Assembly: GCA_000091205.1 (NCBI GenBank)
Contig: AP006498.2
Reading direction: 5' to 3' (one strand)
Source: Cyanidioschyzon merolae
Lineage: Eukaryota
Length of the DNA stretch: 64,000 bases
Shown: positions 56,778-64,000 of the stretch, piece after piece
Layout of the letters: the number at the start of each line of letters is the position of its first letter
Position numbering within the stretch: position 1 is the stretch's first letter
Program-made: the position numbers and the translations under genes
The notes under the pieces: model-generated
Told to the model about the DNA's origin: nothing
The model's database searches: none
What the model saw: only the letters and a program-made list of their open reading frames with translations

Positions 56778-57678
56778 ACCTTTCCTTTTTAGTTTTTTTT
56801 TTTGAGAAAGAACCCTCTTTGAAGCTTTCTGTTGTATACTGCGAAAAAACACTCCTGTATTTTTATTTGAGGGCTGCAACATGACTGAGATGAAACCATA
56901 TATTTTGTTACGATTGCAATGCAAATACAAGTTATATGTTAGAACAACACGCCAAGGAATCCTGAGGATCACATTCCCCTTCAACGGCGACAAGTGCGTC
57001 GCGTCCGTTGACTACCCGACCTCCCAGAGGCGCTCACCGAGCGCGATGCGTGCACCGCGCGAGACGCTACACAGATCGATGAAGGACACGTGTCCGACGC
57101 CACGATGGCGCCTCGACGCTCTTTACACAAATGTCGCAACTGTATCGTATCGCCAACACCGCCGCTGCACGGGATGCGCGCATTTGCGCTCGCGCATCGG
57201 GGCAGCTGCAGGCTGCCCCAAGGGGCGTGCTGCTGCGACTCTTTGGAACCGAACTTTGGCATTATGATGCATCGTATTCGTTTTTACACAATAATAGGAC
57301 ATGATTGTTCCATTTCAAGTCCAGGGCCATTAGTGCATCTTGGTTGGTGTCCCATGTGTACTATTTAGGACAGGATCTCACCAGTAGCAGATCGAAACAA
57401 ACTTTTGGATGATTGGTCCATGTGCATAAATGTCCATTACATTCTATATTGATCCGTATAGAACAGGTTCAAGTGCTCGCATGCATCTCGAGAGCAGAAC
57501 CGGCTGCACGCGTTGCGCAACGTGCGTTTCCAACGTTGCGCGCGCAACGCACGTGGCTGCAGTCATTGAAAACGGCTAGTTTTGCGATCGTTCGTTGCGT
57601 GATCTGAAGCCGGCGATTTCCTTCTTTGGACACGCTTTTGGGCGAGCTTCCCGAGCTGTACGAAGACAAGATTCACCG

Positions 57679-59994
57679 ATGAAAGGAGGCTTGAGGCGGA
57701 GTAGTCTCAGGCGGGTACTCTGGCTGCGTGTTTTGGTCGTTTGTTTGTGGTTCTCGGCCCGTATTCGGGTTTTGGTTGGCGCAGGGGCACCGGCTTATCC
57801 CGTGCGATGGAGCTGGATAGGTGGAGAAACTAGTGTCAACAATTATGGGAAGTATGGTACGCTGAACGTGGCGTCCTCGAATAACGTCCCAGGCGGTCGC
57901 CACTACTCCTCGACCTGGGTTGGAAGCCCCGGCGTTCTGTACCTTTTTGGTGGCTTTGGATACGCGAACTCCTCTGGAGGTTATCTTAACGATCTGTGGA
58001 GGCTGAACGTTACCTCGCTCGAGTGGGCATGGATCGGAGGATCTCTGGACATTTATGTGCCTGGAAACTATGGTACACTTGGAGTCGGAAGCGCCCTCAA
58101 TATTCCGGGCGCAAGGGAGGCCAGTGCATTCTGGCGTGCAGACGAGGAGCATTTCTGGTTGTTTGGAGGCTACGGATTGGATGGAAATGGTAATATCGGT
58201 TGCCTTAACGACATGTGGCAGTACGACACAGTTAGTGGAAACTGGACCTGGGTAGACGGCAACGATACAATCAATGCCTTACCCACGTACGGGCCAATGG
58301 GTTCCTACGATCCCTCTTACAACCCTGGGGCTCGCTTAAAGGCAGCGTTCTGGCTGGGTGCAGATGGAAACTTCTGGTTGTTTGGAGGTGAGAATTGCTA
58401 TTCGTACCTGTTTTCAGACCTTTGGTGCTTCAACAGATCCTTATCACTGTGGGCATATATGGGTGGGTCACAATCGGTAAACCAGCCTGGCAATTACAGT
58501 GAACCTGATATTGCCAATAGATCGAATGCTCCCGGAGCTCGCCAGGGTGCAATTACATGGACGGATTCAAAAGCCAATCTGTGGATGTTTGGTGGGTTTG
58601 GTTATGGAAACGGTTCGGAATCTTATCCAGGATTTTTGAATGATCTTTGGTTTTATAACATTAGTACGTCCATATGGACGTTTGTCGCAGGCAATACCAC
58701 GATCTCGATCCCTGGATCGTATATCATATTTGGCAATACCGATGCTGCAAGCTATCCTGGATCCCGCGAGTCTGGAGTTGGCTTCATTGACGCTTCAGGA
58801 AATCTACAGCTTTTTGGTGGTGAAGGGTACGGGAACAGTAGTAGCGAAAGCGGCGATCTGAACGATCTTTGGTTGTTTAACGTGGAGCAGCGCCAGTGGG
58901 CTTGGATCAATGGTAGCGCAGTCATTAATGCCCCCGCTGATTATGGAATGTTTAGGACTTTCAGTCCCAGCGTCGTTCCCGGTGCTCGGTATGGATCTGC
59001 TCTCTGGAATACAACTGAAAGCGGCATGATACTGTTCGGAGGATTCGGATACTCGAACACAAGTGAAGGAAAGGGAGAGCTCAATGATATATTCATGCTC
59101 AGCGAATCAATGATTACCCCTTCCCCGACACCGACACCGACGCCGACACCGACGCCGACACCAACCTCAACCTCAACGCCTACAGCGACACCGACTGCGT
59201 CGGCGACTCCATCACTCTCAGCGACACCGTCCACAACAGCGAATGTCACGAAAATTCCTATAAATGGCGGCACCACGATCTGCTTCCCGGAGGATGCCAC
59301 TGTGCTGATCGATCGTCTGGGCAGTATTCGGCCGATGAGTGAGTTGCGCTCGGGTATGAGTGTGATTGGGGCCGATAGAAGTGGACAGCTGCTAGAGGAT
59401 ACTATACTTGGATGGTTGCACAAAGAGCCTGGCGCAACCGCGGAGGTCCTACTTATTAAGACGTTATCAGGGAAGCAGTTGCGCTTGACTAGGCAGCATT
59501 TAGTGTACCGTATGCACGCAAGCATGAGAGTCCGGGGTTTTGGGATGATCCCTTTTTCAGATCTTTTACGTCACCAGCAGACAAGACGTCAGAGGCCCGA
59601 GCTGGAGAGCCTCGCCCTCGAGGCAGTTTTTGCAGAACATATACGCATAGGCGACGCCCTTCTCGATGCCGCTGCCCATAGAGCGGACCCTGTCGTCGCG
59701 ATCGACACTTATGTAACGCGTGAGGGAGTCTATGCGCCACTAACGCGTTCCGGACGCCTCGTGGTTGATGGTCTACTCGTAAGCTGCTACGGCACGTACG
59801 CCTCGCACGAGGTCGCCCACGCTGTGCTATGGCCTGCGCGGGTAGATGTGCTGCGCACCATGTGGGGTTCAGCGCTCGGTTCAGACAGTACAGCGTCTAT
59901 CATGCCGTACGCGGAAAGGCTCTACCGCATATACGCAAGTGCAGCGCAAATATTGGGGAAGGCTCGCGTGATTGTTGTAGGTGCTGCCTGCTGA
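57679..59994 (+). CDS. Secreted Kelch-repeat (galactose-oxidase-type beta-propeller) protein with a Thr/Pro-rich linker and a C-terminal Hedgehog-type Hint/Hog autoprocessing domain
   Basis: A signal-peptide-like N-terminus (LRRVLWLRVLVVCLWFSA). Six or more Kelch blades, each with an LNDLW-type motif. A PTPTPTPTPTPTPTSTSTPTATPTASATP linker. The Hint N-block starts with Cys: CFPEDATVLIDRLGSIRPMSELRSGMSVIGAD. The C-block is APLTRSGRLVVDGLLVSCYG...HEVAHAVLWPAR, which resembles the Hh/Hog TxxH...SCYA...WAHxAFAP pattern. Confidence 0.7.
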   Translation: MKGGLRRSSLRRVLWLRVLVVCLWFSARIRVLVGAGAPAYPVRWSWIGGETSVNNYGKYGTLNVASSNNVPGGRHYSSTWVGSPGVLYLFGGFGYANSSGGYLNDLWRLNVTSLEWAWIGGSLDIYVPGNYGTLGVGSALNIPGAREASAFWRADEEHFWLFGGYGLDGNGNIGCLNDMWQYDTVSGNWTWVDGNDTINALPTYGPMGSYDPSYNPGARLKAAFWLGADGNFWLFGGENCYSYLFSDLWCFNRSLSLWAYMGGSQSVNQPGNYSEPDIANRSNAPGARQGAITWTDSKANLWMFGGFGYGNGSESYPGFLNDLWFYNISTSIWTFVAGNTTISIPGSYIIFGNTDAASYPGSRESGVGFIDASGNLQLFGGEGYGNSSSESGDLNDLWLFNVEQRQWAWINGSAVINAPADYGMFRTFSPSVVPGARYGSALWNTTESGMILFGGFGYSNTSEGKGELNDIFMLSESMITPSPTPTPTPTPTPTPTSTSTPTATPTASATPSLSATPSTTANVTKIPINGGTTICFPEDATVLIDRLGSIRPMSELRSGMSVIGADRSGQLLEDTILGWLHKEPGATAEVLLIKTLSGKQLRLTRQHLVYRMHASMRVRGFGMIPFSDLLRHQQTRRQRPELESLALEAVFAEHIRIGDALLDAAAHRADPVVAIDTYVTREGVYAPLTRSGRLVVDGLLVSCYGTYASHEVAHAVLWPARVDVLRTMWGSALGSDSTASIMPYAERLYRIYASAAQILGKARVIVVGAAC
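59105..59225 (+). repeat. Imperfect (CCGACA/CCGACG)n-type coding microsatellite encoding the PT linker of the Kelch-Hog protein
   Basis: ccgacaccgacaccgacgccgacaccgacgccgacaccaacctcaacctcaacgcc. Confidence 0.7.
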
Positions 59995-60632
59995 GCATCC
60001 AGTCTGACGTAGAGTACAGGCGCAACTAGCATACGGGATACAACATAAGCTGCGAGGCCTACCTGCTGAGGTTCTTATCAAAGCGATGGTAATAATGTAT
60101 GGTTCACTGCGTAAAAGCCTTCGACAACATACTGCTAAGCACGTGGATCACGGAGGCGGCATGAGTCCTGCACCTGAATATGGGAAGCCGGATCTATATA
60201 TGAGCGCATTCGAAGAAACCGGTGAAGAAAATAATCTGAGAACAAGATTGGGTTGTGCATATATTGGTTGATGATCATAGCAGCACATGCAGGGCACATG
60301 AGAATTCGCGATCCGTGAGTCAAGTACATTGAAGCTTGGAGATGTGGTTGATTGTGCCAGGGCGCAAACGACTCCTCTAGACCGTTTCCGCAGTCGTGGA
60401 TGTTAGCGGTCAGCTCTGTTGCTTGACACTTGGAGCTGTGGCGTAAACGCATTCAGGAACTGATTCATGGAAAGAGATGAACCTTAGCAGTAAACCACAC
60501 TTTCTCAAAACGCAAAATATCATCCACAGTGATACATGATCCAGAATTGGCGCAGACGGCAGAGAAGCAGAAATGGATTACAGTGGCACAATTTTACTCC
60601 TTCTGCACTGGAAAGCATGACGTCGAAAAGTT

Positions 60633-62900
60633 GCACCCACAGCCAAACGCCGTTCTAAAGCGGAACGACGTCGGCATAGTGCAGTAGCGGCGACCGGTCC
60701 GCCCTAGACGAAACGTCTCCAACTGAAGTGCAGACGCCTCCCAGTCTTTTTGGACCGGACACCTATTACTGCTTCCAATTGTTTCTCATATAGTTCGACT
60801 TTGAGAGGTTCTCTTAGAGAGTTCTCTTTTGTCCATTCTGGAGGACTTTTCTCTAGTACCGCACATCTACTTTTATTGATAGCGGCGTTAAAGTCTCGGT
60901 TCAAAAACTCTTTCCGGTTCTTGCCGTTGGTGGTACTTATGCAAGTAGCCCTCGAACTATCGCTTTCCTTTCCGTTTGCTCTTCTGTCAGCGGTCTGTAG
61001 TTTTCACATCCTCAGGGCTCCACTGGCACTTTTCAATCTCCATTCTCTGAAGTGTACAACCCAGTTCATGGTGTGTATACGATGTTCGGAACTCATCTAC
61101 AGGTATCGTAACGAAACGCCTTGCGCACCCCTTGTACACCCTAGTCGTTGGAGCTGGTGTACACCCTTTTTGGGTCTTCCAGCGCCATGCTCCGTATGCT
61201 AATACGAGCCACTGACGTTCATTCTCCTTCAAGGCGCTCAACTGATTGAAGAAATTCGCAAATGCATGCTGCCTCCCACCGCGTAGATTCATTTGCAAAC
61301 GAGTCTACCGTGGCTTTGAGTATTCCTTGCACAGCGCATCCCAGTGTGCAACGCGAACTTCTTTGAATATCCAAAAAACTAGAGAGTCCGCTCTTGGGCA
61401 TGTCACCTCGCTCAAAGTTTCCGGGTTATCCTTAACTGTTGCACTCCACGGGTCGATGTCCATCCTCGCACTCAATCTCCCGGATTCCCGATACCATCTC
61501 GCTCTCGAGAACACCAACAAAAACAGGTCTTTCTGAGGCATGTTGCCGTCAGTACCACCTTCCGCACGCCTGGGAGCAGCGATGCTGATGATATTCGTAT
61601 TCAAGGGGTTAAGGCCGCAGAGAAAGACGATTTCGTGGGCATCATACGTTCCATCGCCCGTCTTCTTGTGTACGCGCTTCGGCAAGTGAGATAACGAAGA
61701 CGGGATAGGACGACGTGCCTTCAACCCCTGAGAGTGTAGGTTTATGTATACCACATCGTAATCGATGGCCCCCGTGAGTACCTTCCTTTGGCCGGTTTGG
61801 GACGCTTGAAATCGAAGATATTCTACCAGGGTGTCCCGGTCTTCGCCGGTGATCTCTTTGTAGTTTACATCGAGCTCTGGACCGATCTATTTCGTGAAGG
61901 CGTAAAGGACTCTAGAGTCGATATTCACAGAATATGAATTGAACTCGCATAACTGAACCACAATGAATCGCATCTGGAGAAGGCCTTCAATGTCGGTACT
62001 CCCACCCGTCATTTTTTCTGCACTCTGCTCCATGTCGGCCTTGCGTGCGTGTTCTCTGTCCGAAAAAATGAGGTGTGGCAAGATGAGGGAGTAAATTCTC
62101 TCTTCGTCTTCTTTGATCATATCTGACAGTTTTCACTTGGGATGACATGACCCAAGACCGAACGATGTTTTAGAATAGTGGCGCGGATAACGAAAGCAAG
62201 ATTCTTTCTCCTGTTTGATGTCCTCTTGTCGACGATTCTGATCTCCTGTTCATGCTGGCGATCGCTCTTCTTGCAATCGATGATTGCCAGTATCCCTTTG
62301 CGAAACGGGCCCGGGTACAGCGCAAAGACGACGCGTTTCATGAAACAATCGAGGTTTACGATCTTATGGTTCCTCACTTTCGTAAGGCACCTCATTGCCC
62401 TGTATTCGAAAAATGTCGGCGTCACCCCCTCGTTCAGCATCGCTGACGAGGTATTTGGCGTAATTTTTGAGGAAGGCATGCACTCGCTCATTTATCCCCG
62501 ATGTTTTCCCATTAAAAACAATCAGGTGGTTGATGTAAGTCTATTGTGAAAAATCTTCCGGAAACATCACCTTCGCGGTGTGCGTCACGTCCCGATGCAG
62601 CTCGCTCTCCAAACGCCGCAGTCTTCAAGAAAAGTTAAAAATATACATGGCGTACGAACCGACACTGTTTCTGATAACGTCTCGCAACATTGAGTGGTAA
62701 GGATCATTGATATGTAGGAAAAGATAGGATTCCACCACCATCTCGTCGTACAGACGTCACTATTGAAGCCTTCAATGTAAGACCTCCCCATGTTGCATCT
62801 TCTTTTTTTCCTGATCCTCTTCGATCGGCACTAAGTCACGTTTCATTCTGAAATACACAATACCGGCCACCCCAAACCCACTCCCCCAATTACATTAGTC
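60633..62900 (-). mobile_element. TnpB/Fanzor-like transposon relic, copy C (most degenerate). The 5' boundary is approximate.
   Basis: RuvC-III NRDFNAAINKSRCAVLE. The zinc-finger/RuvC-II block VDEFRTSYTHHELGCTLQRMEIEKC. A RuvC-I remnant GLNPLNTNIISIAAP, in which the Asp is lost. An N-terminal remnant RAVFALYPGPFRKG. The 3' tail is conserved (gtcgttccgctttagaacggcgtttggctgtgggtg). There are many frame breaks. Confidence 0.5.
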
Positions 62901-64000
62901 TAATTTTTTAGGAGAAAAACTCATTGAAGACCTCTACTTTGAGCAGCGAAAATCAGCTGAGAACATTTACTTGAAGATTGAAACGCCATTGAAGCCAAAA
63001 CTATATTTTGCTACGACCCGATCGCAAAATAAAAGTGGCCGCGATGGATAAAACAGTCGCTCCAGAAGAGGTCATTAGCAGGTTTCTCTTGATCGGCGAG
63101 AAGCACGTGGTGTGATGTGACGGCCAAATTTCAGGATAAGTCATTAACAGGTGCGCGACGAAGAGAATGCAAAAAAATTACCCACAAAGGGGATAGCAAG
63201 CACTATCGCAAACTACAGTAAACTTCAATAGGAAGAGGTTTTTACGTTTGCTCCAACAGTCATCTATTAGGCGGGAGGTCTCCGAGCCGCGAGATTCTAC
63301 CAGATAGTGCCCCGTCTAGAACTTCAGTGGCAGGTGATGTGTCGCTCCTTTCCATCTCGTCCGAAACGAATTTTTTGGGACTAGGAGGGGCTATGCTGCG
63401 TCTGGGCCCCAACTTGGATGCAGTGAACACGTACTACACCGCTTCGCACTCCCACAGGCAGAGGGTCTGCAACAACAGCTTGGAGGCTCGCAACAAAATA
63501 AATCTCTGTCATTCCATGTTGTATGAACCAAGCCACTTCCAACGAGCACAGTGGTATGCAAAAGCTGCTCTGTAACCAGAGGATATCCGCAACGGAGATA
63601 CAAACGATAGAGCGGGTGCTTACGGCAGGCATTGGCGCCGAATAAAAAGCCTGACTAGATCAATAAAGCCGAGATTAAGTAAATACAACGGAAGCTGAAG
63701 TAACTATTCAGCGGAACGGTTGATTTCCTGAAACGATTATCGATCCGGAGGTCACGGCCGTCTGGGCAGTGTAGAGGTTCTGTAAAAACCAAAAACAAAA
63801 AAGCTGGAGGTAAAACAGTAATGATCATGGAATGCCAGATGGAGATATAACAGATGCGTACGCGCTCAGATCGTACCGCCGAAGACGGATCAGTAATGAA
63901 TCTTGAGAGATAGAAGTCATAATCACATATGCATTGGCACTGGGATCATCGCGTTAATGGGGAAGTGCGTGAAGTGCGTGGGTTGGAGGTAAATGGGGGG

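Larger units (their letters stand above)
54126..56857 (-). mobile_element. TnpB/Fanzor-like transposon relic, copy B
   Basis: Both ends are defined by where homology with copy A begins and ends. It carries RuvC-I VGVDPGNTNIITIAAP, RuvC-II VDEFRTSYTHHELGC, and RuvC-III NRDFNAAINIRRCAVLE. The 3' non-coding tail ctactactgtacac...gtcgttcgacttcagagcggcgttgttggtgtgtgtg is conserved with copy A. Confidence 0.6.

Noticed and set aside
1-64000. Searched for CRISPR arrays, rRNA genes and tRNA genes
   Set aside because: No regularly spaced direct repeats with unique spacers were found. No rRNA-like stretches were found. Scanning for T-arm-like GTTCGAnTCC motifs found no convincing tRNA cloverleaf. tRNAs cannot be fully excluded by eye.

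Overview
This window looks like GC-rich, intron-poor nuclear DNA from a eukaryote, probably an alga or another plastid-bearing protist. Most large ORFs are uninterrupted, and there are no rRNA genes or CRISPR arrays. Long spurious antisense ORFs are common because of the high GC content.

The clearly recognisable housekeeping genes are: a Rad50/SMC-like ATPase (5'-partial), a Bet1-like SNARE, proteasome subunit RPN1, a CRTISO-like FAD oxidoreductase, cytosolic-type valyl-tRNA synthetase, lipoyl synthase with a defective 3' third, a NOL1/NOP2/Sun (RsmB-like) RNA methyltransferase, a DnaJ-type zinc-finger protein, a DPE2-type 4-alpha-glucanotransferase with CBM20 domains, a PHT4/SLC17-type transporter, the HscB Fe-S co-chaperone, and MCM4.

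The most interesting content is a diverged family of TnpB/Fanzor-like (OMEGA-type RuvC nuclease) transposon relics. There are three multi-kb copies: A at about 26.0-28.4 kb (+), B at about 54.1-56.9 kb (-), and C at about 60.6-62.9 kb (-). Two short fragments sit at about 12.4-12.8 kb (a 3' end) and about 48.6 kb (a 5' end). All copies are disrupted by frameshifts and in-frame stops. They still share a conserved non-coding 3' tail that runs past the stop codon, which is where an omega-RNA-like scaffold would be expected.

A second notable gene encodes a secreted Kelch beta-propeller fused, through a Thr/Pro linker, to a Hedgehog-type Hint/Hog autoprocessing domain. Other observations are a W-rich protein with a perfect 159-bp tandem repeat, a ~0.8-kb dispersed repeat present twice at ~99% identity, a 111-bp tandem repeat, and several microsatellites.
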